DNA of 64,000 bases from assembly GCF_009914755.1 (NCBI RefSeq), contig NC_060946.1; one strand, given 5' to 3'. The translations under genes and the position numbers were made by a program. Positions 14,225 through 27,759 of this stretch are shown piece after piece (within the stretch, counting starts at the first letter, position 1; the number at the start of each line of letters is the position of its first letter). Under the pieces are notes generated by a model. It searched no databases. It was not told the origin of the DNA and worked only from the letters and a program-made list of their open reading frames with translations. Origin of the DNA: the human T2T-CHM13v2.0 reference genome, Homo sapiens.

Positions 14225-15334
14225 GCAGTGGACAGAACATACCCAGGGCGTGGCCCAGGGCCACCCGCAGAGCCTGTGGCAGAAACAGTCAGGGGCCCTC
14301 TTGTGAGGGTGGCAAAGACCAGAAGGGAGAGTGGGTGGTAGGGAGGGCTGGCTCAGGAGTGTGATCAGAGGTGGCTGAGGAGGCCAAGGGCACCCAGAGG
14401 ACGGCAGTTACATCGCCCCACAGTGAGACGCTTTCCTCCCTCTTGGAGCTGCTTGCGGGAAGAAAGTATTCACCAGGCTGCACCAGCCAGAGGCTCCATG
14501 CTCCCAGCTGGGTGCTCCCCTCAGTGCTGATGGCCACCGTCGGCTTCTTCACCCACCTGCTCCATGACGGGTGCACCGCTTTACCCCAGACTTAGCAACA
14601 GTCCCTCCATTTCTGGAATATGCCCTGTGCCCCCCTCCACTCAGAATCCTGGAACAGGTGCCTTTCCAGTCCCAGTAGGAGAAAGGAGAATCATTTTGTC
14701 AAGAATGACGCGTTCTCCTTGCAGGCAATGAATTGGGATCGTGGTGATAGTTTCACATTTTTACAACATGGTAAATGTCCTACCCCTGCGTTTTATCCTC
14801 TGCGTGAACGGGAACGAACGCAATCCCACCACGGGCAAGATCTCCTGGAGAAGCACCGTGTCAGTGTGCCATCCGCAAGCCTGACCCCGGCGGGTGCTGT
14901 TCCCTCTGTGCCTCAGCCGCGCGGGCTTTATCCGGGCAATTGAAAGGCACTCACAATCCATCGCGCCGTCTTCCGAGGATGGCTTTTAAGGGTAAAACAG
15001 ATATCGCTTCCGTGGAGTCTCAGCCTCCCTGTTTCACCAATGCTCAGAAACCGCAGCTGCTGTCTCTTTCCTGGTGTTTAAAGGGGTCCTGTGGCTCACA
15101 CTGGTCTCCAAAGAGCACACACGCATGTAATGAAGCCAGCGCCCTCCACGGCCCTGTCCCTGGGTTTGGCTCCTCCATTCTCTTTCTCGTTTCCTGGGAC
15201 ACTTGTGGGACACACATCCTGCGGGGCCTCACTGTGGCCTCCCCGTGCCACCCTTTCTTGCTCAGAGGCCTCTTCCTCCCCACGACAGTCCTCCTCCATC
15301 ACCTTAGCGTGCCATCCACCTGAGGCACACACCA

Positions 15335-15492
15335 GGCTGGTCACAGCCCCTCGTGTCATCAGGTGTTTACAGCACCCCCAACTTCTCCCCACTAGATGCG
15401 GGAGCCCCCTCCAGTCTTGAGGACCCCAGATGTCTCCAGACATTGCCGTCTGTCCCATGAGACGGGTGCAGACTCATCCTCTGCTGAGAGCC
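15335..15492 (-). mobile_element. MER20 fragment
   Basis: 'cccactagatgc...agatgtctccagacattgcc..tgtccc'. Confidence 0.55.
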
Positions 15493-15812
15493 TGACCACC
15501 TTTCCCCATGGGCCAGCACCCCATCCTGCAGCTGTCTCCTCACTATTCTCACCATGTCTGCGTCCTGAGGCCTTCGCCACGGGGCTGGCACCTTGATGGC
15601 AGGGCTAAATTGGAGCCGTGACTCCCCAGTGGAACCTTACCCAGGGAATGCCTCCTGACGCCCCTGGGGACCCTGTCCCTGCCATTCCCTCCAGGTTCTC
15701 CATGCAACACTTCTGTGCACTGCCCAGGACTGCTTGGAGCACTTGGCCTCTGCCCCGTCTCTCTCGGGCTGTCCTCCAGGCTCGGCACAGTGCAGTGCCC
15801 CTGCTCGCAGGT

Positions 15813-15884
15813 GGGCCTCCTGAAAGCTACCTCCAGTGGCACCTCCTTTCAGGGCTTCCTCAAAGCTGCCTCCAGTGGCGCCTC
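15813..15884. repeat. 39-bp tandem duplication
   Basis: aaagct(a/g)cctccagtggc(a/g)cctc at 15823 and 15862. Confidence 0.7.
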
Positions 15885-16643
15885 TGTCCCTCCCTCGGTG
15901 CCTCCCACAGCATTGACTTTGGGACCCAGCTGCGGCGAAGGGTGCAAGTCCATCTCCCACTGCCCTGTGGATGCCCGGAGGGAAGCCTGTCAAATGTAGC
16001 TGCAGGATTTGGCCTCATCCACCCTTGACTTGTTCCTTCCTGCAAGCTGGCCCTCTGCAGGGAGAGGCAGCCATTCAGGGCTGTGGGGGGCAAGGGGCCA
16101 CCTGCACCCATGAGAGGTACGAGGCCCCCTGCAGCAGGTCCTCTTCTATCGGCATCTGCCTGAAGGTGTGTTGAGGCTCTGGCTCTGCAGGTGAGTTGTT
16201 GCACCATGGACTGGGCCAAGAGGAGACCCCGCAGATGCAGCCGGCATGGAGGCCCCAGCCCCAGGCCTCTGCCTCTCCATCCCCCACCCCTGCCTGCTCA
16301 CCTCAGCCATGAGCCTTGTCTGTGGGTCCAAGCCCCCTGCCTGGGGAACGACAGCTCCACAGCCTGACCTGCACTGTCTCCTGGCTTTGAGAGCCTCCTA
16401 GTGTCTGCACAGACTTGTCCTGCTCATGGAGGCCTTCGGGACAGGACTATGTGATCTGGAAGTTGGGAAGGGCAGCAGAGGACAAGCCAGGAGACATCCT
16501 GGGCCCCTGGTGCTTTACATTCTGGGAAACTCCATGATAATATGCAAGCCCTTTGTTACTAGGTTCATATGTTTGGATTGTGTGAATGCCGTATCAATAT
16601 TGAGACCCCGGGAGAAAGATGGCAGGGGAGGAGAGCCAGGAGT

Positions 16644-17026
16644 CTGAGTCCTGAGCCCTAATCCTGAGCCCTGAGCCCTGAACCCTAATCCTGTGCCCTG
16701 AGCCCTAATCCTGAGCCCTGAGCCCTAATCCTGTGCCCTGAGCCCTAATCCTGAGCCCTGAGCCCTAATCCTGAGCCCTGAGCCCTGAGCCCTAACCCTG
16801 AGCCCTGAGTCCTCAGCCCCGAACCCTAAGCCCTGAGCCCTAACCCTGAGCCCTGAACCCTAACCCTGAGCGCTGAGCCCTGAGCCTTAACCCTGAGCCC
16901 TGAGTCCTGAGCCCTAATCCTGAGCCTTGAGCGCTAACCCTGAGCCCTGAGCCCTGAGCCCTAACCCTGAGCCCTGAGCTCTAATCCTGAGCCCTGAGCC
17001 CAGAGCCCTAACCCTGAGCCCTGAGC
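16644..17026. repeat. Telomere-like variant repeat array (CCCTAA/CCCTGAG)
   Basis: About 380 bp built from CCCTGAG heptamers interspersed with CCCTAA hexamers, often as a 20-bp unit CCCTAA-(C/T)CCTGAG-CCCTGAG. Confidence 0.9.
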
Positions 17027-17562
17027 TGTGCACCGTGAGTCTGAAGCTCCAGTTTTTTTGTGCCTGGCCCACATAGACTTGGCCGGCAAGGCCCTGCAGG
17101 GGAAATTGACTAGTTTTACTTGTATAAAATCCTTAATAGTTACATTTTCCTCTCTGTCCTTAATTATAATAATCCCATGGTCAGATGCAATGACAGGTGA
17201 TGTAGCGGGGGATGAACTCAGCGTGGCCCCAGGACCTGCTCTGGGCTCTGGCCTAAAAGGAGTGAGGTTCAGGCTCCCATCCTTTCTCTGTCCTTCTGCT
17301 GTGCCTTGAGCCGAGCCCAACAGGACAGCTGCAGCAGGAGCTCCCAGGGACGGGGCTGTGTCCTGTTTTCGGGTGAGTCTCCAACAGTCAGGGTGGCTGT
17401 GAGCTCCCAAGATGGCTCCAGGCCAGGCTGAGGATGAGGGGAGGGGCATCCCCACTGGTGCCCACTGCACCTGGAGCCTGGGGTGGGGCTCAGCTTAGAA
17501 CGATGAGTCCTGAGTAAATGGGTGAGCAAACAGGCTCACCACACATTACAAAAATTAGCTGA

Positions 17563-17903
<341 letters not shown>

Positions 17904-17995
17904 TACATCTTGATGGAGGAACTGTTAGATTTCTCTTTCCTCAGACCCAGAGAAACACCCTATGGGACATTAAGGAAGTAGCCAAGTGACTCTTG

Positions 17996-18196
17996 GAGGG
18001 AGAGAAAGTAAAATAGAAGGGAAGGGAAGGGATGGGAAGGGAAGGGAAGGGAAGGGAAGGGAAGGGAAGGGAAGGGGGAAGGGAGGGAGGGAGGGAGGGA
18101 AAGAAGGAGGGAAGGAAGGAAGGAAGGAAGGAAGGAAAGAAAGAAAAGGGAGGAAGGGAGAGAGGGAGGGAAAGAAGGGAAGGGAGGGAAGGAAGG
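17996..18196. repeat. Polypurine (GGAAG)n/(GGGA)n/(GGAA)n tract
   Basis: About 200 bp almost purely A/G; 7 consecutive GGAA at 18110-18137. Confidence 0.95.
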
Positions 18197-19950
18197 TGGC
18201 ATGGGGTTTCTGTCCCTTCCCTCAAGGGGCTTCTTGTCTGGCCAAGTGGGAGGGTATCCCTGGCTCTCTTCACCCTGCCTTTTTCCCTCCCTCTGGGGAC
18301 TCCAGAGGCCCCTGCATGGACCTGACCCCAGCAACCCCTCCGGTGCCACACTGTAGGGAGCAGTGGCTGTTGGTAGTACAGACCTTACTTAAACTTTTTC
18401 TATGTAAATAACCGATAGTCATAAAAAGGAAAATTGCATTTGCTTTGAGTGGGCAGAAGATACATTTTAGTCAAAATGAGGAATATTCTCCAAGCGTGGC
18501 TTCAGCTCATGAATAACAACACTATATTACCTTTTTTTTTCAGGCTTTCAGCTCGACAGAGCTATTTGTCCTTGCGTACCAATGCAACAAATTATATTAT
18601 TTAATGAAAAATGGGCCAGCCCCAGCTTCTCAGGCAAAGTCTCCCTGTATCAGTGACATTATCATTAATGCATCAGAACCCATGGATCAACCCAGCCTCT
18701 GTCTATGGCCACACCAAGAGGGACAGCTCATGGAGCCCAGCGCCCAGGAGATGCCTCACAGATGCCCATGTGCTCACCGATGCAGATCTGGGGCTGCTTA
18801 AGAGAAACTTCTTGTGGCTGGAGCTGCCCCAGGGCCCCAGGTGACCGACCTGGCATTGTGCTGGTAAAAGCAGAAGTGAGGCTTTGATCAAAGCTTCTCT
18901 GGGATTTGCGGGTGCCTTTCGTTTCAGAGGTCTGCACAGCGGGGCTCTCTCACTTCTTCCCACAGGCTGGTTGGCTCACTCATGCGAGCAACCACATGTC
19001 CTCGGCCAGCGCATGCCTGCAGCGCTCACACACGCTTACTGATCTTCCGGCTGGAGGACACATTTGGGAGGGCAGGGCCGGGTCTTGTTCAGCTGCAAAA
19101 CACAAGGATGCGGGCCCACTCCATGCAGGACACTGAGTGCCTGCCGTACACCCTGAACTGGCTTGGAGAAGGCACTCAGGGCACAGCCAGGCCAGGAGCC
19201 ACTGGTCTGACTGCCCACCTGCCTACAGAGTCAGTCCTGCCGCAGCTGGGATGTCAGACAGCAGCACCCCGTCTGGAGGAGCTGATGGATTAGCATCTCC
19301 AGGAAATTCCAGTCCTGTGGCCAGTGCCATGAGAGGCTGCAATGTAGGCCATGTTTCCTGAGCACCTGCTCTGTGCTGGGGTGGGGTAAGAGGGAAGGAG
19401 GGAGGAGGCGTAAGACACACACAGATGGTGGCCACCCATGGAGGCTCTGCCACCCCCAGCAGCCCCAAGCCATCCTTCCTGGAATCCTCAAGACCTGGCC
19501 GAAATGCAGTTGCCTCTTCCAGCGAGCCCTCCAGAACTCCCACTGGCAGTGACATTTTCTCTATCGTCTGCTGCTCTGCAAGCAGAAACCTCCTCTGCAA
19601 GGAGTAAGTCTATGGCACATTTTAACTCCTGGTTACATGGCAGAGTTTTACTCCCATGAAATAGCTGTGAAAACTGAGACCTGGCAAATTCAAGCCCTCC
19701 TTGAAGAGGACCGCTTGCAAACAGCAGAACGGGGCAGGACTGTGCATCTTCTGTCTCCAGGCAAGCTGGTTTGAGAGGTCGGTTCACAAGACTTCTCTTT
19801 TCACACCTGCGTGGCTCAGGACTGAGGGGTGCCCAAGATTTGGGACTTCCAGTTTTATAGCCAGGAAAGTCCTTGGAAAGCCCAGCTTTCTCTCTGTCCT
19901 CGTCCAGAATGACTTGAGGTATATGAAGAATCCAGGAGGATGGAAGTTAA

Positions 19951-20644
<694 letters not shown>

Positions 20645-21649
20645 TTCCTACAGGACACTGGCCAACAATAGTTTTAGAAGATGCAGGCGCCGCCCGTCTT
20701 CCTGACTTTGATGCCTCATGGAACTCTGCAGCCTGGATAGCTCCTGTTTGAAGTTAGGGAGATTTGGAGTCCTTCTCTCCTCCCTGCCAAGTGTGCCCAG
20801 GTCAGAGTGTGCTGACCAGCGGCCCCAGAGAGCTGGTGGGTGGCTCTAGCTGCAGGAGTGACAGGTAGGGAGGTGAGGCTTCTCTCAGACCCCCCAACCC
20901 CCTCCAGGGATGGAGACCTTCTGGGCCTCTGACAGCCCAATGCTGGCTCCTAAAAATTTACCCTATTCATCATAAATTCCCACAACTATTTTTTTTCCCT
21001 TAAATGAGCATTGAAATTTATGGGTGATCATGGAAACCTCTCATCACATGTGAGTCAGAGCCACGAAAATGATGAAGCAGGAATTCTAATTTTTAATGAA
21101 AGAGCTGACCCAGGCTGAGTCATAAAAGATCAGACGCTGCCGTGTCTACTTGTCTCTGGATACACCCATTCCTTCTTACCCTGGTGAGGAGTGGTCTCGA
21201 TTCTGTGATTCTGCCATCGGCAACTGTGAGCTCTGTGCTTCTCTGTGGAGCCCACCACTGACCCAGCTAAGGCACCAGGACGCACAGAACAAGGGGCCCT
21301 GGGTCACTGTCTCGGTGTCCCATGCTGTCCTACCCGATGGAGGGGCTGTAGGAGACCTCGTCACACCTAGGCCTGTCCCTGGAGCACAGTAGGTCTTCAG
21401 CCCCCTTAACTGAGCAATGTGCCTACACCCCAAGCCCAGAGCACTGCCCACAACACAGAGGACAATGAGAGCCATTCTCTTCTGCCATCCATTCCTTCCT
21501 CAGCTCGGCCTTCTCTACCCTGTTCCTGCCAGCCATCGAGAAAGTGAGGTCTTCATGGCCAGAGATCTCTGCCAAGCCCCCTACAGCAGAGCTTCCATAT
21601 CAGACAGAGTGGGTACAACACGCACATCGTGAAATGACGTGAGGGCAGG

Positions 21650-22230
21650 ACTTTCTCAGCCCTGACTGGAACCCAGCCTCCACACTCACTGTTCCAAGAA
21701 TCCACTTAACCTCTCTACACCTATATTTCCTCACTGAAAGATTGGGGTCACAAGGCCAACACAGGGTCACTTCTGGGATTTAATGAAACAATATGGATCA
21801 AGGCCCAGCCCATCATCAGTGCTGTCATTAGTAGCTTCCCCCTGAGTGTTCCATCTACCTGCACGTCTGCTAGCCTTGCTTTCCGATGCGAGCAGGGATT
21901 TTCTCTATCTGAATAATCCAACCACTGGACCATGGCATACTGATGCTGAGAAAGTCAGCGTGTTCCCTAACCTCAGTACCACTGAACAGGAACATAGACG
22001 GATATGGGGTACTCAGGAAGTGCTTCATGACCATGTAAAGAAATGGGTATGGACAAATCCATGGATTCAGTGAATAATATGGAGCTGAATTAGGTGTACA
22101 GCAAAGCCCTCATTTTACAGGGTATTGAAAGCCAATATCTACAGAGACTGGATCACTCGCCCAATATGGCCAGGAAGAGAATGGCAGAGCCAGTGCTGGG
22201 CTGGCCAAGGGAAGTCTCACAGGACTCCCA
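21650..22230. mobile_element. MIR and L2 3'-end fragments
   Basis: 'cacttaacctctct..atttcctcactgaaag', 'ggtactcaggaagtgcttcatga', 'ccctcattttacagg...atggcagagcca'. Confidence 0.4.
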
Positions 22231-22420
22231 ACATCTGAGACAGCTAAATTATAAAGGAAATGCACTTTTAAAGATAATCAAATCAGGGACACTTCATTGA
22301 AGATTCAGCTCAGGCAGAAGGATTCTTTTTAACCCCAAACTCCATGGTCAGCAAATAAACACCCCATGTATTTGCATCCTCCATTCCCAGCTCTTCTACA
22401 GACACCATACAGCCCAGACA

Positions 22421-23395
22421 ACTGTGTTCTGCCCTACAGCCTGACAACAGCCTGCCTTCCCATGATGTTCTCTCTACAGCCTGACAACAGCCTGCCTTCC
22501 CATGATGTTCTCTCTACAGCCTGACAGCAGCCTCCCTTCCCATGATGCTCTGCTTTACAGCCTGACAGCAGCCTCCCTTCCCGTGATGCTCTGCCCGACA
22601 GCCAACAAGTCTATCCTCCCATGATGTTCTGCTCTACAATCTGACAACAGCCCTCTCTCTCATGATGCTCTGCTTTACAGTCTGACAACAGTCTTCCTTC
22701 CCATGACGTTCTGCCCTACAGGCTAACAAGAGCCTTCCTTCCAATGATGCTCTGCCCAACAGCCAACAACAGCCTTACTTTCTTATGCTGCTCTGCCCAA
22801 CAGCCACCAACAGTCTGCTTCCCATGATGCTTTTCCCTAGAACCAGCAACAGTCGGCCGTCCCATGATGCTCTGCCCTAGAACAAACAAGATTCTTCCCT
22901 CCCATGATACTCTTCTTTAGAACCAACAGCAGCCTGCCCTCCCATGATGCTCTGCCCTAGAACAAACAACATTCTGCCCTCCCATGATACTCTTCTTTAA
23001 AACCAACAACAGTCTGCCTTCCCATGATGTTCTGCCCAACAGCCAACAACAGTCTGCCCTCCCATGATGCTCTTCCCTAGAACCAACAACAATCTCCCCT
23101 CCCATGATGAAGGAAGCATCCCGTGATGCTCTGCTCTACAATCTGATAACAGCCCTCTTTCCTGTGATGCTATGCTGTACAGCCTGACAACAGTCTTCCT
23201 TCCCATGATGACCTGCCCTACAGCCTGACAAGAGCCTCCCTTCTCATGATGCCCTGCCCAACAGCTGACAACAGTTCGCCCTCCCATGATGCTGTTTCCC
23301 AGAACCAACAACAGTCTGCCCTCCCATGATGCTCTGCCCCACAGCCAACAACAGTCTTCCTTCCCATGATGCTCTGCCCTACAACCGACAGCCAC
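22421..23395. repeat. 40-bp degenerate minisatellite, ~24 copies
   Basis: Unit ctgacaacagcctgccttcccatgatgttctctctacagc (22441, 22481...); variant blocks with ctagaaccaacaac. Confidence 0.92.
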
Positions 23396-24999
23396 ACCTC
23401 CCTTGGCACCAGGATTTGCCTCCAGTCTGACAGCCTTCCTTCCCAGCATGCCTTGCCCTGGCCTGGGCAGTGTTGTCCACACCCACATGAGGGTGGTGTC
23501 GGTGCTGCCCACGTCCCAGCTGTGAGGTCAGCCAGCCACAGAAGCAGCAGCTGTGGGGACAAGCTTCTGTGCGCAGCTCTGTCGTTCAGCAGCTGTGTCC
23601 TTCAGAAAGCCCTGGAGCTCTCTGGGCCTCAGGTGGCCTTTCGGAGTGTAGACAACGCCAACAGCTCTGACCACAGACAGCCATGGCAGGCAGGTCTGTC
23701 AGTGACTAAGGAATATGCCCAGCAGAGACACGGCAAGACCACAAACCATCTTGGGACCCTGAGAAAGAAGACACGGTGGGCGGATTCAACAGTCTTATGG
23801 GGTCACAATGCACAGGGCTTGGTGAGTGACTGGGTGCAGAGGGTGACAGAGGAGACAGTGAAGGAGTCTTGGGTCCTAAAGTGGCACCTGTGGGGGTCGC
23901 TGTGTTCCATCCTGTGCTGCAGACCCAGGGCCCAGCCACAGAACTCGGGAGAGGGGTGGGGAGAGGGTGCGGGGAAGAAGAGGGGCCAGGTGCTCTGCCC
24001 ACACACTGAGTCTGAGGAGCCATCCAGGAGCAGAGGGCTGGAAGGTGCTGGGACCTGGGGGGCTCTTGGCTCAGGAGGGGGCTGTGCTGGAGCATCGCCA
24101 GCAGAGGGAAGCCCTGGGATCGGCAGGCCAAGGAGGAGGCAGGCCTGGGAAAAGCCCTCTGCCCTACTCTGACCACATGGCCAGGGAAAGGACCCCAGCA
24201 TTGCGGCTGCCCCCACCAGCGCTGCAGAATCTGCTTCAGAGGACTTCTCGTGGCACACAGGGAGAGGTGGGAGGAACATGGGAAGAACAGAGAGCCGGCT
24301 TCAGAGGCCGGGCCCAGGCTCTGGTCGGCGGGTTGCTAACTCCACCCCCGAGAAAGACATCCTGGCCCTCCAGCCCTGGGGACAGAGACACTCAAACAGG
24401 TGGCTGTGCTGCCATCACATCTGAGTGTCTTCACACATGAGCATGATGGTGGAACTCTCTCCCCAAGGCTTTCTGTCATTTCCAAAGCTCCTCTTGCTTG
24501 AGTGCTAGTCCTGGGCTGGGTGCCGGGGCCAAGCCACGCGTGTGTTTTCTTAATGCACACACCCAAGCTCTGAGGAATGTCTCATTGTTCCTGTCCCATG
24601 TCACAGATGAATAGACTGGGCTGGGGAGCTCCGGTGGGAAGTGGAGAAGCCAGGATTCAGGGTCAGGTACCCTCACTCTCCCAGTGGGCCACTCTGCCTC
24701 TTCCTGGGGCCTACTCGCCCTTGGGTGTTTAGCGGGGGCCTGTGATGTGCGGAGCCTGGAGCCTGGAGCTGGGGAAGCAGAGAGGAAGCCAGACCCTCCC
24801 CAGACAGGAAAGAGACAGGACTCCACAGGGTGGAGAGGGTTTTCTGGGAATGGGCCCAGAAGCAGTCTGGGATGAGGGAGGACTCCTTTTTCCCTGGGGC
24901 TGGTGGCAGGTGGGCACCCAGAAGCCTGAAATTCAAGGCTGAGAAGATACTCCCCAGTGGGGGAGCTTGCCTGGGCCAGTCGGCTTTTCAGGAGCAGAA

Positions 25000-25158
25000 G
25001 TCAGTGAGTGCAAAGGAGGAAGCAAGAAATGCCGGGTGCTCTCGGGGAACCACATTCACTGCCCTCCCTGTGACCTCCAAAGCAAGGCCCTCCCTCGGGG
25101 TGGGTGGCGCTGCCCTGAGACTCATGGGAGGGGAGAGGGCTGGGTCGGGCGACCCTTC
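25000..25158 (+). repeat. Dispersed direct repeat copy A (partner 27598-27759)
   Basis: gtcagtga.tgcaaaggaggaag...ctcggggaaccacattcactgc...ccaaagcaaggccctccctc...atgggaggggagaggg occurs twice. Confidence 0.9.
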
Positions 25159-25622
25159 GCAGCAGGTGACCTGGGCAGGGCGGTGAGGCTGACCAGCGGC
25201 CCTGCCTGCTGCTGCCTGTGATGATTTGCTCAACATTGTGTGATGAAATTTCATTATCTCCCACACTTATTTTTGTCTTCTCTATCTATTCTGGGAAGCA
25301 GAGTCTTAGATCAGCAATTAGAAATGTCACTTGAGCTTTTGAGAAAGGGGGGGGTAATTTGCGAAGTCTATAATTGAGAATAGTAATCAAATTCGTTGAC
25401 AACTTCAATGATATACTAAAATGGTAATTAATTGTAAATTTTTGATGGAATATATAATATTTATCTATTTTTGAACTTTTTACTGATTAGCAACAAGCTC
25501 TGGTATATTAGTTCTTTTTTAAATCTGATTTCTATAATTAGCATCATCTTTTTGTTTTCTTTTATTTTTTTCCACTGAAAGTTTCCTATGAAAGAGAGAA
25601 TCCACTTAAGAATAAACTTCAG

Positions 25623-25928
<306 letters not shown>

Positions 25929-26270
25929 AAGAATAAACTTCCGGGTCAACTCACCCCTTAGTGCCTGCTTAGTGGGAACAGCGGAAACAGGGTCTCCTGG
26001 GCCTCGGGAGCGCAGGAAGCAGATGTGGGAGGGGAGAGAGGGGAAAGGCCCTCTGCAGTGAGACTCACCTGGCACAGCTGCGCAGGAAGCTGAGTAAGGT
26101 ACAGGGCACTCCTGGGAGCGCTGAGCATCTAGGCTTGCTGGTGAGCACCTGGTGTTAGCGCTGGAAGGCCTGGACCCTGGACCTGCGTTCAACCTGCTCG
26201 GGCTGCCCCACGCATGTCATTTATTCAAGGCAGGCCACTGCCAGGATGACAAAACCACATCTGAGATGGA

Positions 26271-26390
26271 GTATGAGTCGGCTTGGGCAGTCATGACAAA
26301 ATAACACAACCTGGGAAGCTTTGACAACAGGAATTTGTTCTCTCCCAGTCCCAGAGGCCAGAAGCCCAAGGTGAAGGTGTCACAGGGCTG
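26271..26390 (-). mobile_element. MLT1 LTR 3' fragment
   Basis: 'catgacaaaataacacaacctggg..gctttgacaacaggaatttgttctctcccagt..cagaggccagaag'. Confidence 0.6.
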
Positions 26391-27597
26391 CTGGGTCTTC
26401 CTTAGCTTTCTTCATCACAGAAACGATGTTGCGAAGGGGATAGGAGGAAAGAGGAGGATGCCGCCAGCCATCCTTGCTTGTCGGGATGCCGACAACGGCC
26501 AGGGCTGAGAGGAGGAAGTAGTGGCATCGGAAGCCAAGCTTGTCTTGGGATTTGCCACCGAGGTCACATGGGAGTGGTCCCACGGGCCCCTGCCTGTCAC
26601 CCCTTCTCACAGATGGGAGCCGGGGGTGCTGCTAGTGAGCGGTAGAGGCCATGGTTAAATCCAGTCCCCAAGGGCTAATGATTCTTCTTGGGGAACTGGA
26701 TGAGATTGGACCCACAGCACATGATTCTGATGTGGCTTCAGTGACTATGAATGAGGTGCCATTAGGGTCAGCAGTGAGCACTGCCCCCCGGTCTCCTTTC
26801 TGCAGAAGCCTGGCTTCCAGCACCCACCCGAGCACCATGGGGACTGAGGCTGCAAGAGCAGCAATCTCTGCCCCCTCCCAGGGCACCGTCTATGCTAAAT
26901 CTTATCTTCAGCATTGTAAGTTGAGAATGTGCTCTCAATCTACATTTTAATTATATCTTCAGATCTCGTCTTCTGCTTCCCAACAAGTCAATGGCACAAA
27001 TTTTCTCTTTCTACCACGCAGTCCTCAATCTGTTGTATTCATCAGCCCATAGATTACCCACAGAGTCAAACTCTTCCTGCAAAGACACTGACAGAGGAAC
27101 TGAAACAGAACAGTGAACAAAGTTTAAGAAATTTGGAATAACAGACTTTCTGCTGGAAAAAAATAAAATCTATTTGCACTTATCAAGATACGCCATTGCC
27201 TCAAGTAATGAGAACAACCGTTCACAGCACCAAGCGCTGCCTTCTGGGACTTGGAGGATCCTCTCCATTCTGAGGGAAGATTCCAACAGTTACCCAAACC
27301 CCAGGACACTGAGAAGGTTCAGCCCTCACCCTCTCCTGGGCCACCTGGGGTCCAGCCCCTGGTCCGTGTACACAGAGCTCTGCTTGCAGGGAGCGGACTT
27401 CCTCCCAGGGGCCACCCTCGTGCACAAGCTGATGAGCCCCAGAGGAGGCATGGGAGATGGCAGGTGTAGCCCCCAGACTGCACCTGAGTCCTGCGGTGAG
27501 GGCCTGTGCATCGGGGCGGGACAAAGCGGGGACTGAGGAGAGACGGGCTTCCTGGGAGCCCAAGAAGCACAGAGTCCAGGCCAGGCTGGCTTTGAAT

Positions 27598-27759
27598 GTC
27601 AGTGAATGCAAAGGAGGAAGAAAGAAGGGCCGGGTGGTCTCGGGGAACCACATTCACTGCTCTCCCTGTGACTTCCAAAGCAAGGCCCTCCCTCAGGCTG
27701 GGTGGGTGGTGCTGTGTGAGACTTATGGGAGGGGAGAGGGTTGAGTGGGACAACTCTTC
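27598..27759 (+). repeat. Dispersed direct repeat copy B (partner 25000-25158)
   Basis: Roughly 85% identical by eye to copy A. Confidence 0.9.

Noticed and set aside
16644-17026. Ancestral telomere fusion site
   Set aside because: Single orientation only, no head-to-head TTAGGG/CCCTAA junction and no recognisable subtelomeric TAR1 flank.
17941-18411. Low-complexity ORFs (GREGK/PSLP repeats)
   Set aside because: Translations of the polypurine tract.
22421-23395. CRISPR-like periodicity of the minisatellites (also 53731-54125 and 39630-39789)
   Set aside because: Units are tandem with no unique spacers, there are no cas genes, and the context is primate DNA.
23366-24172. Longest ORF (268 aa)
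   Set aside because: Starts inside the 40-bp minisatellite, has no recognisable domain, and its composition is typical of chance ORFs in GC-rich DNA.
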